Source: Octopus vulgaris
Lineage: Eukaryota
NCBI GenBank assembly: GCA_951406725.2
Contig: OX597828.1
Location: 70,742,001 to 70,806,000, forward strand
Reading direction: 5' to 3'
Length of the DNA: 64,000 nt
Part shown: one piece after another, positions 40,457 through 56,781 of the stretch
Layout of the letters: each line of letters opens with the position of its first letter
Numbering within the stretch: position 1 is the first letter of the stretch
Program-made: the position numbers and the translations under genes
Notes under the pieces: model-generated
What the model was told of the DNA's origin: nothing
What the model saw: the letters and a program-made list of their open reading frames with translations, nothing else
Database searches by the model: none

Positions 40457-41475
40457 TTTATAACCGTTTCTGCCAGCTCGCCGCAATATAACCGCTTAAC
40501 AACTCACTCGGCCATTTCCCCGTTCGTTCTCTATAAATGGCTGGAAAATACGAAGAGTAACTGTGGCGCACTGAATTATGGGGCGATTTCTGTTTGATAC
40601 GAGAGAGAACGAGGTAAATCGCTGGATAGAAATCTGCAATAAAGGTGTGTGAATTTATCATTGTTTTTCCAGCTTCGTCAATAACCAAATTCTTTCGTGT
40701 ATTATATCAACAATTATGGGGAATATGTTGGCAGACGAGAGCAAACAACTGGTTTGGAATAACAGGGTAACGATGGACAAGTGGGAGAAAGAGAGAGCGA
40801 GACGACGATGATGATGATGATGAAGCGTTCGAGGAAGAAGGTGGGAGAAGGAGCGATAAAATGGAAGTTGAGAGGAAATATGTGCGATAAATTTTTGTAA
40901 TTATCATTCCATTTATTTCAAATGTGGTTTATCTTATCAATTATTAATGAATTATGGACAGACTAATGATTGAAATAAGGAATGTCTGAAGAATGGTGAA
41001 AAGAGAACGACAGAATGTAAAACAGTAAAAAGATTGACTGGGAGAGGGACAGACAGACAGACAGAAGTGTGAGAGAAAGAGAAGGGAGAAATATGGGAGA
41101 GAGGGGAGAAATATGGGAGAGAGGGGTGTGAGCAGAACAGCGAGATAAAGAGAGAGTGTGCCTGTGAAAGGGAGAGAGAGGGAGAGAGAAATAGAGAGAA
41201 TGAGTGGGAGAGAGAGTGAGACCTTCGTGTGGGATTTAACAACAATAAAGTAAAAACAATCATAATAGTATGGAGGCCTGTAAAACTAATTCTCGGCTTA
41301 TTTCAATTGAAAACATCCTGGATTCCTCAGTAAGGAGTTCTGGAATCCCTTCAAGAATAACAAGAGAACAAACACAACAAGTATATACATACATACATAC
41401 TCACACACATACATATGCATACATACATTATATGTATATAATGTAAATATGTATACATACATACATATATATATA

Positions 41476-41589
<114 letters not shown>

Positions 41590-42271
41590 TTGTGTGTATA
41601 CATATCAATATATATATCCATATGTATAAACATATATATATAAATACATTCATATATACATACGTAATGTGCATGCATATGTATATATGTGTGTGTGTGT
41701 ATTTTTGTATGTGTGTGTATATTTATATATATACACACACACGTGTGTTGTATGTGTTTGTATTTGTCTATTCATGTGTGTGTGTGTGTGCGTGCGCGCG
41801 TGTTATTTACAAAGAAATTACAATAAATAATAATTTACAAAGGGCGTCTTTAGAAATAGCATAACTAATTACAAAATCCAAGGCGACTCACACAGATTTC
41901 GGGGACCCCGTGGTGTAAATGTACGAAACTACGTACGCTGAGAGGCCTGCTAACCCTTTGAAGCTAATTCTTTCTCTCTACAGCTCTGAAGTTGTGACTC
42001 CACCACAGTTAACTGATGGATACCAATGGCGGCCATAATAAAATAATGCTTAAGATGGCGACATAGCAAAGGTTAAAAAGGAAAACAATGAAGAGTGGCG
42101 TTGAAGAGTGAAGGCGAATGAGAGAATGACGTAGCAGAGTGAGTTAGTTGAGGCAGGCAGACAGACAGACGGAGAGTGAAGATGTTTGGCTGAAAGACGG
42201 GCTGTCTGCCATACGAAGCCAGTTGGATATGCATATGCAATCACACGGATATATATATATCTATTTATTTA

Positions 42272-42416
<145 letters not shown>

Positions 42417-42461
42417 GTATTTATGTATGTGTGTGCATATACATATATATGTATATACAAC

Positions 42462-42492
<31 letters not shown>

Positions 42493-42632
42493 ATGCACAC
42501 GTGTTATATGTTTGTATGGTTCCACATGCAATCGTATATATATATATATATATGCATACATAGATATATACATATATACACATTATGTATGTATATACAT
42601 ATATATACAAATATATATGTATAAGTATATAC

Positions 42633-42721
<89 letters not shown>

Positions 42722-43104
42722 GAGCAATGTTATGTATATGAACACTTAATATATGAATGCAAAGTCCCTATATAAATATATACATATATACATATAAACA
42801 TATATGTACATGTAAATATACAATGTATACAGTTACATGTATACATATGCATACACATACACACACAATCATACAAGCACACATATATATCTGCGTGTGT
42901 GTGTATACACATACACACTTACATACACACACACCCTCACCCAAACTCACACACATTCAAACAAACAAACATAAGCAAAGTTTATGATCATGTGGTTTTA
43001 GTAAACAAAACCCTTTTAAGTCACAATGTGGCTCTCTACGTGCGACCCTGTGCATGTGTTCGTGTGTGCCTGCATATATATATACATAGTTATGTATATA
43101 TATA

Positions 43105-43145
<41 letters not shown>

Positions 43146-43160
43146 TACATACATATATAT

Positions 43161-43237
<77 letters not shown>

Positions 43238-43737
43238 TAGTTATATATATATATATATATTGCTAAAGTAAGCGTGGTATTGATAGTCACCTGGTAGTAC
43301 TCAGGGAAATCCGAAACTAAAACTCCGTTTTCTTCGTCAGGGGTAAGAAGCGCTGAGGTAGAGAGTAGTTACAAGAACGATTTTCGTCGAGCGCATCTGC
43401 AAGCAGAAAAAAAAGGAATACAACAGCAGGCGTAAAGAATATTTTTATGTGAAAAGTTGTATATGCAATTACATGATGTCATCAAGTCTTATCTTTACAT
43501 CCGTTTCGGGTAATTGACGACTTCTGCTATACCCATGCATGTTATGTAATGGAATATCAAAATGCATGGTTGTAACATTGGTCATCGACTACCTTAAACA
43601 AACTTAAAGATAAGACTTGAGGATATTATATAATTGTATGCGTAACTTTCCATGTGAATACATGCCTTGCGCTTGCCATTGCTCGTCTGACTTTTTCTAC
43701 TCATACATACGTGCGTACACAGACATGCAAACAAGCA

Positions 43738-43797
<60 letters not shown>

Positions 43798-44094
43798 AGC
43801 ATGTGTTTATATATATATATATATTCTTGGTGGTTGAGACCATAGCGGATCTATTTTTAGCGCAAGAGTCGACCACATAGTGGACACTCTCTTATATTTG
43901 TGTATAAATTTTTATTGTATCCCTGGTTTTTATGCGCTAAGCCACTTGGTGTTAAATTGGTGGTATTATTAAATTAATATCCAATTTTTTCACCCTTATT
44001 TTTGATTTTAATTATGCTGCAATAAATTTTTTATGCAGTATTTGTTTCCGGGATTTGGGGCGCGCTATAGCGAGGGCATTCGAATCATAACTGC

Positions 44095-44168
<74 letters not shown>

Positions 44169-44192
44169 GTATGCATGTATGTATGTTGTATG

Positions 44193-44226
<34 letters not shown>

Positions 44227-44277
44227 TAGATATACACACTGCTATGCTTGACCGCTAAATCCACAAAGGTTTCTTAT

Positions 44278-44314
<37 letters not shown>

Positions 44315-44334
44315 TTCTTTTATTTTCTCTTATT

Positions 44335-44372
44335 CCTTTCTGCTGAAGAACGTAGGCTCGAAATGTAAAAAA
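44335..44372 (+). ncRNA. Decayed family C hammerhead motif
   Basis: ccttt-CTGCTGA-A-gaac(gtag)gctc-GAAAT-GTA-aaaa; flanks match the 62700-62800 copy. Confidence 0.45.
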
Positions 44373-44534
44373 GCGTCAAGCTAATACAACGTGGAGTAAA
44401 GTACCCTGCTCAAGGACACAAGAATCGAACTTACGAATACCCTAAACACTTAGTCACGTGCCCTCACACCCTGGGTAGTACTGCTAACCAGAGGAAGCAC
44501 CGCCTTAAATACCGTCGTAGTACTGTCACGATAT

Positions 44535-44760
44535 CTAGGGTGTTGCTGTTGTTACAAACATCTTACATCCACGATGGAATACTGCTTCTGTGTCTGGAAT
44601 AGTGAGGTTACCATGTCTGGAACAGTGCTGTTGTTACACGCACAGACATTCTAAACCACGATGGATTGCTGCTACCTTATCTAAGATGGTGCCGCTGTTA
44701 TACACACCAAACGTCTTGTATCTGGGACACTGCTGCTATTTCAGCCAGAGACATCCAAGA
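44535..44760. repeat. Degenerate minisatellite
   Basis: Recurring gtgctgttgttaca / ccacgatgga / tgctgcta / tatct units. Confidence 0.55.
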
Positions 44761-45387
44761 GTACTCCTACCAATATCGTAATTCTCCAACATTTTACCAC
44801 TAAAAATAGGATTTGAAATTAAAACTTACGGAAATGAATTATTGTAATACATATAGAGACAAATATCACTGGATTTTATTGAATGTAATCATCTGTGAGA
44901 ATGAGAAGAAAAGGGTTCAGTAAATGTTAGAAGAATAAGCTTTAGAGCAAAGCTCCTATGATATACAATTCAGACAACATAGGGGAATAAACTCATCATA
45001 AACTCTTGTGGTACAATCGCGCTTCCAGCCGTGCGAAAATCTTTCTTACGACTTTGCGTTCAGGAAAGATATTTCATTATTATCAACATTATTACCACTT
45101 ATCTCGATCATCAACGTAAATATCACCATCATCATCATCATCTTCGTCGTCGCCATTATTATCATCATCGTCATAGTCTTCGTCAACGTTGTCATCGAAA
45201 CGTCATCATCATCATCGTCATCATCGTCATCATCATCATCGTCATCATCATCATCGTCATCATCGCTACACTGGTTTCATTGCACACAATTGATACACTT
45301 GCCCGGTTGTATTTCACAGCAAATTCCCGTGCGACACGTTTCATACTTATATATGCACTGTGAGTGTGAATGCGTGTGTCTGCGTTT

Positions 45388-45432
<45 letters not shown>

Positions 45433-45471
45433 TATGAATATATACATATAATTGGATAGATAGACAGCTAC

Positions 45472-45556
<85 letters not shown>

Positions 45557-45837
45557 AGGATAGATAGATACCCCGACACATGCGTGTACCCGATGCATAA
45601 GTATGCACCCTGCAGCGAGTATATTTAATTACTCGTGTCATTTTTGTTGCCTTTCAAACAAAACGACAATTTTTCACATTATTTACAGAACCTACAACTT
45701 CTACCGTTCACGGTAAAGACAGCATCATTAGTGGGGGCGGGGATGGGGGTGTGCACGTCGGGTCCGTATTATGAATGTGTTTACTGATACTTACACACAC
45801 GCACACACACACATACATATATATATATATTATGCAT

Positions 45838-45898
<61 letters not shown>

Positions 45899-46047
45899 AA
45901 TATTTATATACATATTTATATATACAAATATTTATATACATAAATATGTATATATGTATATGTGTGTATATATACGTATATAGTTATATATAGATAGAAG
46001 GAAAGATTATATGTATGTTGTCAGCAAAAATGTAGCGTAACAGCATA

Positions 46048-46124
<77 letters not shown>

Positions 46125-46475
46125 CATGCATAAAACCACGGCCAGCATCAGAAGAATATAGATACAAATATTTTCGAAGACTGAGCAAAAAAATTCAAGG
46201 ATGAAAGAGAAGAGGGTACGGATATACGCGTGTATATGTATGTGTGTGTGATTGTCTGTATGTGTGTGTGTTAGTGAGTGTGTGTGTATACATGTAAGTA
46301 TGTATCTTTGTATGTATGTCGCTCATCAGGTCTAACATAATAATAATAACAATAAAAATAATAATAGAATAAATGTACTTATCGTAGCGTATACTAATTA
46401 TCAAATAAATATAGAAAAATACGTGTATTAACTCTAAATAATCGAAAAAATCTAACAATATTTCTTAAAATAAAA

Positions 46476-46598
46476 ACATAACCTGATGAGTGACTATATT
46501 TTTAAATAGAATTAATTTTAGATCGATATAATTTTAAATCGAATTGATTTTATTATTATTATCTATTTGAAAATATAGCCACGAAACGTGTGAATAAC
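46476..46598 (+). ncRNA. Hammerhead core with very long stem II, stem I eroded
   Basis: CTGATGA (46483-46489)-gtgactatatttttaaataga...tctatttgaaaatatagccac-GAAAC (46583-46587); cleavage triplet and stem I are not convincing. Confidence 0.45.
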
Positions 46599-46725
46599 AT
46601 CTTTCATTTTTAAATTGTTTAATAGAGGTTATTTCTCTTAATTATATACATATATTATATATTGTGAAATTTGATTTAGAATTGCTAAATTGAATTTTTC
46701 CCTGTAAGTTTGGAATTATATTCCC

Positions 46726-46779
<54 letters not shown>

Positions 46780-46821
46780 CATTATTTATATTACCATCAT
46801 CATCATTATTATTATTATTAT

Positions 46822-47492
<671 letters not shown>

Positions 47493-47759
47493 CTTTATCA
47501 TATATATATTCGTTTAGAGGTTGTGTTAACCTCATGAAGAGATGGTTTTATCCAAGGAATACTGGTTCAATACCTAGTATTTTGATGGGATAAATTTCCT
47601 TAAAGTCATAGGCATATATATAAAAACATATGTATAAAAACACATAGTTTTTATCATTCACTCTGCTATAATGAATCCATAAACACATAAAACATACAAG
47701 GGCATATATTTTTCCCTCAGACGATATTATGCTCAGGTCATGTAAATTCAATATTTACT

Positions 47760-48155
47760 TGTGTGGTAAGTAGCTTGCTTACCAACCACATGGTTCTGGG
47801 TTCAGTCCCACTGCGTGGCACCTTGCGCAAATGTCTTCTATAGCCTCGGGCCGACCAAAGCCTTGTGAGTGGATTTGGTAGACGGAAACTGAAAGAATCC
47901 CGTCGTATATATGTATATATATGTATGTGCATGTATGTTTGTGTGTCTGTGTTTGTCCCCCTAGCATTGCTTGACAACCGATGCTGATGTGTTTATGTCC
48001 CCGTCACTTAGCGGTTCGGCAAAAGAGACCGATAGAATAAGTACTGGGCTTACAAAGAATAAGTCCCGGGGTCGAGTTGCTCGACTAAAGGCGGTGCTCC
48101 AGCATGGCCGCAGTCAAATGACTGAAACAAGTAAAAGAGTAAAAGAGTAAAGAGT
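47760..48155 (+). mobile_element. CORE-type SINE, slightly 5'-truncated, with 9-bp TSD
   Basis: B box GGTTCAGTCCC, CORE-like region, internal (TA/TG)n, tail (GTAAAAGA)n; TSD atatttact at 47751-47759 and 48156-48164. Confidence 0.9.
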
Positions 48156-48261
48156 ATATTTACTGAGTATTAATTGAAACAACTGTAAGGGATGAGGATT
48201 AATTTGCTGTTAATAATAAACAATTATTAACTTCCCAATCTCCATTTTCTTTTTCTTCTTC

Positions 48262-48309
<48 letters not shown>

Positions 48310-48683
48310 GCATGTATGTATGTATGTATCTATGTATGTATTTACGTATGTATATATGTGTATATGTGTTTGTATGACCATTATACCTATGGACGTCGTT
48401 TTCACAATCAGACGACTACAAAACATAGAGCACGGCTATAAAACTGCTTCGCAACTAAATAATCAATTGTTCTAATCGATACATAATGAAAATCAATCAG
48501 CCAACCAATCAATTGCTGAATCGACAAACGGACAGTTGGGAGAACGTCTGCGTATTTGCTTAGTTTCTTCCAAATGGGTTGCGCAGACGACACCCATTCT
48601 GTACTTTCATAAGTATCTTTCCCTCCCTTTATCTCTTTCTCTTTCTCACTTTCGCTCCCGCTGTCTCTCTCTCTGGCTCTCTT

Positions 48684-48715
<32 letters not shown>

Positions 48716-49351
48716 GCTCGCTCTCTTCATACATGTGTGTGTGTGTGTGCGTGCGTATATATAACACCGTTCTTCTCTCCATCTTCGTCTATTTTCTTCT
48801 CTTTCTCTTCTCTCTCCTCACCTCACATGGTGGTGGTGGTGGCGGCGGTGGTGGTGGTGGTGGTGTTGGTGGTGATGGTTGTAATGTGAGGAGGAGTGAT
48901 GGTAGTAACAAGGGTGCTTTTGGTTTAGCGTGGGTGGTGATGCTACTACTGTTGCTGCTGCAATAGCCACTGACGACGACGACGACGATGATGATGACAA
49001 GATGGAGGATAACTCGAACTTGCTGTATTGTTGTTTGTTTCCAAAATAATTCTTGTATGTTTATATGAACGCCTGCAAGTAAGCATATATTTACATGTGT
49101 GTGTGTGTGTGTCTGTGTATGTGTGTACATATACCTATACACACACACATATATCTATATACCTATATATATATATATATATATATATACCTATATATAC
49201 CTATACAGTGGCATATATATGTATATGCATGCATACATATATGTATGCATATGCACTCGCGCACACACACTCATAAATATGTACAAACATACGAATACAT
49301 GTGTGTGTGCGTGCGTGTGTAGATTATATCTCTCTGTGTGTGTAGATTATA

Positions 49352-49388
<37 letters not shown>

Positions 49389-49415
49389 TATATCTGTGTG
49401 TGTGTGTAGATTATA

Positions 49416-49451
<36 letters not shown>

Positions 49452-49655
49452 TGACTCTGTAGCAACGTGAAACACCCCAATTCTCAATTCTTCCGCCGCC
49501 AACCATTAAGAAAATCCCCAAGGGTCTCTTACATTTGCCGACATCTACCCTAACCCTGTAACCGTTTCATTAAAAACCACCTCAACTACATCATGATGTC
49601 AACACCGACACCACCAATACCCACTCACCCACCCCTTCTATACTTCTATACTGTC

Positions 49656-49720
<65 letters not shown>

Positions 49721-49789
49721 CTTTTGTTTTTGTTGTTTTTCTTCCATCTCTGCAATTCTTGACTTAGACACGTTTATAACATTATGCAA

Positions 49790-50900
49790 TATCTTTTATA
49801 GTATTCCCTCACAACATTTATTCCACTATATCATCTGAAATATCGGGTTTGATATCGCCCCAAATCTTTTACAAAGACGTCATCAATACTCTCGACCCCA
49901 TCCATTATAATATCCTCTGCACCGTTCCCTACATTATCTTCTACAATACTTTTAATAACACCCTCTACAATAACTACCTTGTACAATATCCTCTATACTA
50001 TTTGCTATACTCTACAGGGCCATTCACAATACACTCGATATTGCCTTCAACATTCCCCTGCACAACACTCTCTACAATAACCTCTACAGCGTCTATGCTA
50101 TTTGTTATACTCTACAGTACCATCTACCATATGATAATATCATTTAAAATATCCTCTACATTACCGTCTGCAAATATCTTTTACATTTTTAAGGCGGCGA
50201 GAGTGGCAGAACCGTTAGCACGCCGGGCGAAATACTTAGCGGTATTTCGTCTGCCGCTACGTTCTGAGTTCAAATTCCGCCGAGGTCAACTTTGCCTTTC
50301 ATCCTTTCGGGGTCGATTAAATAAGTACCAGTTACGCACTGGGGTCGATATAATCGACTTAATCCGTGTGTCTGTCCTTGTTTGTTCCCTCTGTGTTTGG
50401 CCCCTTGTGGGTAGTAAAGAAATAGGTATTTCGTCTGTCGCTTCGTTCTGAGTTCAAATTTCGCCGAGGTCGACTTTACCTTTCATCCTTTCGGGGTCGT
50501 TAAATTAAGTACCAGTTGCGTACTGGAGTCGATCTAATTGACTGGCTGCCTCCCCAAAAAATTTTGGACCTTGTGTCTGAAGTGGAAAAGAATATCTTTT
50601 ACATCCCCCACCCCCACTTATACTTTCCACTTATACTTTCTACATTGTCTTCACTGCCTGTTATACTCTGCAATTTCCTCTACACTGTTCGTTATGTTTA
50701 ATATTACCATCTCCAATATGCTCTTCATTATCTTCTATAATATACTCTCCATTATCTTATAGCTTATCCTTTACAATATCTTCTACAATATCCTTTACAA
50801 CACCCTCTATAATATCCCCTACTATATTTTCTACATTATTTTCTACAATATCCTCTTCTATATACTACATTAAATTTACAATATCCTCTGCTATTATACC
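49790..50900. repeat. Degenerate minisatellite, unit about 12 bp (ctctacaatatc-like), split by a SINE
   Basis: Recurring tctacaatatcc/ctctacaata units on both sides of 50187-50590. Confidence 0.7.
50187..50590 (+). mobile_element. Meta-domain tRNA-SINE, dimeric, with perfect 14-bp TSD
   Basis: Same family as 8944; second unit restarts at ggtatttcgtct (about 50425); TSD aatatcttttacat at 50173-50186 and 50591-50604. Confidence 0.9.
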
Positions 50901-51756
50901 GTGTATGAGTCACCTACAATTATATTAGTATCAGAAATATTACTGAAATATTGCCTGAAATATTCTCTCTAATTGTTATTGCCTAGCTCCAGGCCAACTC
51001 TGATCCAACAGATTTATAGTCCAAGACGTCCTAACACTGACCGATTCATTTTATATTTTCACAAAGAAATGCCTTTGCTTTGTCCAAAGCGTCCATTTTG
51101 TACAAGGTACTTAAAAGAGAATATGAAGTTAATTAGAGCGAGACCTCGTAAACTAATATTTAGCTGTTGGTGCTGCAGCATGGTCGCAAACAAATGACTG
51201 GAGCCAGTTAAATTATGAAAAATGAATATCCTTTGAAATTCACTTTTTAAATAATATTTGATATTCTACCACGTTACAATATATTCTCTGATTTCATATT
51301 ATGAGATATGTTCCAGAATACATTCTTATCCACCCTTTTTACTCCTCGGCAACACATAAGACACCCACTGCAATATGACATACATAACGTATTCCCCTTA
51401 TACACCTCTTCAACACCCGACCTTATTAAACACCCGCTCTGATACGACATATATAAGATGTTCCGCCTTTATACCGCTCCTACATTAGACTGTCACATTA
51501 AACATCATCTCTGTTATATAATACTATTTATAATATATCTTTTATATACCTTTCAACACCTGACCACATTAAATACACTGTATATCACATATTCTCAACA
51601 CGCTTATCCTTTTTAGTACAAGTCAACCTTAAATACCCGCTTTTGTATCATGTATCGTGTTTAACTTCCTTTTATACATCCCTATCTTTATTACACGACT
51701 ACGTTATACACCCTCTGAAATATGTGTATTATATATTACACAATCCTCTTATACAC

Positions 51757-51792
<36 letters not shown>

Positions 51793-51817
51793 ACACGACT
51801 ACGTTATACACCCTCTG

Positions 51818-51915
<98 letters not shown>

Positions 51916-52153
51916 TTGATAGATAGATAGATACTTTCTATATTTATATCACATATAATCTATATCCTCTAATATATACATTATATACCCTCTGATATAC
52001 TTATATACACTCTGTAATACAATGTAATCTACCCTCTGTTATAGTATCAGAAATACCCGGTTATTGCATAATCACTAGAAATACTAAATTCTCTCAACCG
52101 AAGACTGTTCTGGTACCATGGGATGAAGTGCAGACCAAAATATGATGATGATG

Positions 52154-52221
<68 letters not shown>

Positions 52222-52222
<1 letters not shown>

Positions 52223-53088
52223 TCCCCCACATATGGATCCTAGAAACACTAGCCTTGAACAAGGTAGCACCAATAATCTTAACATGTATAAAATATCCCA
52301 TGAATAAATGGCAGTCGGTGCTACAGCTCCAGACAAAGAGGGATTCATAAAAAAACCAAAGCCATTCCAATTAGAAGAATATTCCAGGGAGATACACTCT
52401 CTCCACTCCTTTTCTGCTTGGCACTGATACCTTTATCTGACATGCTAAACAGAACTGGATGTGGATAAAACTGTTACGACGAAACAGTCAACCTTCTCAT
52501 AAAAAATGGATGGTCTAAAAGTGTACGCTACAAATGATAAACAGCTGGAAACATTACTACAGACAGTACATGAACTTACCAAAGAAATAAACAGGGAATT
52601 TGTTTATTTGTTTAGAAATTTGTTTAGAAAAAAGTGCCAAAGCAACCTTGAAAAGAGGAAAACTAATTAAGAATAGCAGCATCACACTAGGGAATCAATG
52701 ACATAGCTACGATAAAACACACACAAATGAAAGAGAAGATAAGAAAGGAATACTATAGACGAGTTAGATCAATACTGAAAACAGAGCTCAATGCGAAAAA
52801 CAAGATAATAGGTATCAACACCCAAGCCGTCCCAGTTATAAGTTACAGTTATAATATCCTTAACCGAATTCTAAATGAACTAATCAAAATAGACAAGAAA
52901 GGATTTAGGATGCACCACCTAAAATCTGACATTTCCAATTGGGAAATTAATTAATTATTAATCAATTTCACAAGAAAGGTTATAGGCATTAAATTACATT
53001 TATATATTAGTAAAATACATACTCATATAAGTTTCATATATAGATCTCTCTATCGGGATATATGAATATATATCATGAGTAAATATAT

Positions 53089-53161
<73 letters not shown>

Positions 53162-53511
53162 ACGTGTTGAAGATGGTAGAGGCTTTATAGAGCTAGAAAA
53201 TTATTACAAAATAACCACCATATAACTACAGAAATACCTATATCAGAAGCAAGGAAAACTAATACAAATAGCCATAAAACACGAACAAAACGAAAAAAAC
53301 CGTTATCAATCTTTAAGGAAACTGACAAATACAAACAAGAAGTCATAGTACCTAACAACTATGAAGAAAAAAAAGAAACAACAAAAACTGTAAAAGAACT
53401 GAAGTCCAAACTAAAACTAGAACAGCAAAGGATCACGATGAAACGATGGCAAGAAAAGCCCCTTCATGGCAAATACTGGATTAAACTAAATGCAAGAGAA
53501 ATAGACAAATC
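52222..53511 (+). mobile_element. R4/Dong-clade LINE RT region, 5'-truncated at (AAT)n, interrupted at about 52931-53150
   Basis: IPHIWILETL...IFQGDTLSPLLFCLALIPLS...MDGLKVYATND...MKEKIRKEYYRRVRSILKTELNAKNKIIGINTQAVPVISYSYNILN...MHHLKSDI|..IQRVEDGRGFIELE...WQEKPLHGKYW; stops and frameshifts. Confidence 0.88.
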
Positions 53512-53596
53512 GAAGAAGAAGAAGAAGAAGAAGAAGAAGAAGAAGAAGAAGAAGAAGAAGAAGAAGAAGAAGAAGAAGAAGAAGAAGAAGAAGAAG

Positions 53597-53830
53597 AATG
53601 AATGAATGAATGAATGAATGATTTCTTTTATTTGCCACAGGAGCATCAGATTAGGAGAATAACAATAGAATGGCAGACAACAATTTGTGACTTTCTTAAT
53701 TTACTTGTAGGGCACGGATGGCACGGTAATACGAATAATAAACAGACTAAAATTCTAAAAAGAATCCAGTCAATGATATTACACAAATCTCGAACCCTTG
53801 GTCAGAGAAGGAATAGAATAACGACCTAAA
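53597..53830 (-). mobile_element. Probable LINE 3' end with poly(A) signal and (CATT)n tail
   Basis: Minus: ...cctgtggcAAATAAAagaaatcattcattcattc; a similar tgtggccAATAAAgaagt-(ATT)n end lies at about 55180-55200. Confidence 0.4.
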
Positions 53831-54610
53831 CGTAGGCTTGAACTTGTAGACCCTAAATTTACTGCGTGCAGCAAAGGCCGGTATAAAACCATATGTGTTT
53901 ATTCTGGAACACGTTTATCTGTTTTATTGATTAGTTTCTGCAAAGGGGTCTCTCGTATTTCTACAGGAACGAAGCTGAACACACAAACCTTGGTCGGGTT
54001 TTGTGCGTTTATAAAAATACCTTGAAATCAATAAAGGATTTTAGAGAATTCCCATCAGAAAATTCTCTTAGAACTTTGATTTTTTTTTTTTTTGTTTTTG
54101 CTTTTTATTTTGTGCGTCGATAACTGCGCCATGTGTCTGCGATACCCATTAGTGTTGCGTGTGCGCACGTGTGGGTATGTGTGTATGTGTGCACGTGGAT
54201 GTGTGTGTATGCGTACGAGCATTTGTGCGCACATGCGTGTATATTGCATGTAGGTACGCACAAATATATATATATATATATAATATACATACATACATAT
54301 TTATATATATATGTGTGTGTGTGTAATACATGTATATGTATATATATATATATATATATGCGTATATGTATATAAATACATATATACACATACACACACA
54401 CACATATATATATATGTATATGAGTATATATATGTATATACCTACATATATATATATATATGTGTGTGTGTATGTGTGTGGAATAGGGGCATGTTTATAC
54501 ATGTGTTTCTACATGTGCACACACGGTCTTTTCCCCTACTAACACTTACGAATAGACACATACTTAGGTACACTCCCACATACACGTATATACACTTACA
54601 CATACACACA

Positions 54611-54674
<64 letters not shown>

Positions 54675-54675
54675 C

Positions 54676-54707
<32 letters not shown>

Positions 54708-55050
54708 ATGTATATATATATATGTATGTATGTACATATATAACATAGATTCACGTACACAAGTTGTTTCCTCTCACTTTGTATAAATCATGCCTTAAAC
54801 AAGTAAGAATTGTTACCAGATGTCCAGACAAGCTTCAGATAATAATAATAACGATAATAATAATAACAATAATATTAATAATAATAATGAAGATAAGAAA
54901 ATGGTGGTAGTGGTGGTGGTGGTGGTGGTTCTTATAGTGTAGGTTGTAGTGGTGATGGTGGTGGTGGTGGTGGTGGTGGTGGTGGTGGTGGTGGTGGTGG
55001 TGACGGCGATAATGTTGATGATTTCTAATATTAATAATGATTTCTCTAAC

Positions 55051-55162
<112 letters not shown>

Positions 55163-55484
55163 GTAATAATAATAATAATAATACTTCTTTATTGGCCACA
55201 AGGGCTCCAGGAGATATAAAAACATGAACCTTTTACGAGAGTCTACAAAGAACGAAAGAATAGCGCCGATTGTGATAAAAACATTTTTACAAATAATTAC
55301 GAAGGGAGCTGGGTTAGGGGACATTGTACAATGTGTGGAAGGACGTTTTTTAGAATTTCGAAGGCATACACGTAGACACGCAAACACATATGCATAACAC
55401 ACACACACACACACATACATGCCCACACATAATATGCATGCATTTATATATTTGAACACATATATAATATATATATGTATGTAC

Positions 55485-55519
<35 letters not shown>

Positions 55520-55573
55520 CATACATACATGCATGCATGAATGCATGCATGCATACATACATACATACATACA

Positions 55574-55605
<32 letters not shown>

Positions 55606-56409
55606 CATATAATATATATATGTGTATATATATACATAGAGAGAGAGAGAAAGAGAGGGATAAACATTTATAGGCGCATGCAAATATACACATGTATATG
55701 TATATACCTATATACACATATATAATCAAAAAGTACAATAAAACACGAATAAAACAAGATATAATTTAAAGAAATGACATAAAATATTTTCTCACAAAGC
55801 TGAATTTAGTGTCTCACTTAACTATTTTTCAAATTATGTTCGAGTGCAACCGAATGGACCAAGTGAGCATTTTTTTGAGACATTTGGTATTGAAGAAAAC
55901 ACCCGCCTTCTGGATATTCGTTATGTCTTAATTTCAATTTTACTAGTAATCTGTGTTTTGCATGTTGTCTATATCCTGAACCTAATTGTTTCCGTGTCAC
56001 TTGGTCAAGTTTGTGGCTACACACATGCGTAATTTTGTCCATTCACTGTTTAATTTTCAAAGAGAATTGAGTCTTAATTAATCCTCATTGTATTTTCTGC
56101 ATCATTTTCCCGAGGAAGAATTTTGTTGTCATTTAGAAGAATGTGTTCCTCCTCACCTATTTTCATTGTTTGATGTTGTATCCTTTTACTACGACTTTTT
56201 TTTACCTCTTTCCCTCTCATGTTTTCATCTGTAATTATTATTTCTTCCACATAACACGATGAAGGTCGCGACCGTTAAGGGACGGGGTGTTTGTCCATCT
56301 ATTTCTGATACTGGGAAGCCTAAAATTTTGCTGGTGATGCTCCACAAACTAGGGTTTGTTATTCCTTTTGTCATTGTTTGTTGTTGTTACTGGTGCTATT
56401 GCTGTTGCT

Positions 56410-56781
56410 GTTGAACGAACAGTCTTCGTCCCAGAGCTCGCAAGATGGGAGAAGTCCGAAACGTGGTCCTTTGCTATTCGTAAGACCCGCAGACGAGAAA
56501 GCAGGTCAACCCTCCGACACCGAGAGCATCGACTGATGGATGAATGCGCATCAAGGCTCAGCGGTTGTGTAGGAAGTCGGGGACAAGAAACAGGAAGAGA
56601 GAGTGAGAGAAAGTTGGGGCGAAAGAGTAGAACAGGGGTCGCGACCACCCCCTGCCGGAGCCTCGTGGAGCTTTAGGTATTTTCGCTCAATAAACACACA
56701 CAATGCCCGGTCTGGGAATCGAAACCACGATCCTCCGACCGCGAGTCCGCTGCCCTAACCACTGGGCCATTGCGCCTCCAC
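56410..56781 (-). mobile_element. Full-length tRNA-derived SINE (left member of an inverted pair)
   Basis: Minus: gtggaggcgcaaTGGCCCAGTGGttaggg...GGTTTCGATTCCcagaccggg; colinear with 57661-58003. Confidence 0.88.

Noticed and set aside
43295-43345. Minus-strand CTGACGA plus short hairpin; plus-strand GAAAC
   Set aside because: The two core halves are on opposite strands, so no complete ribozyme can be drawn.
49318-49420. Regularly spaced gtagattatatct units resembling a CRISPR array
   Set aside because: Spacers are (TG)n, not unique sequence; a slippage-derived compound microsatellite in eukaryotic DNA.
51689-51823. 35-bp direct repeat flanking a (TA)n tract
   Set aside because: Best explained by local slippage duplication next to microsatellites; no element features.
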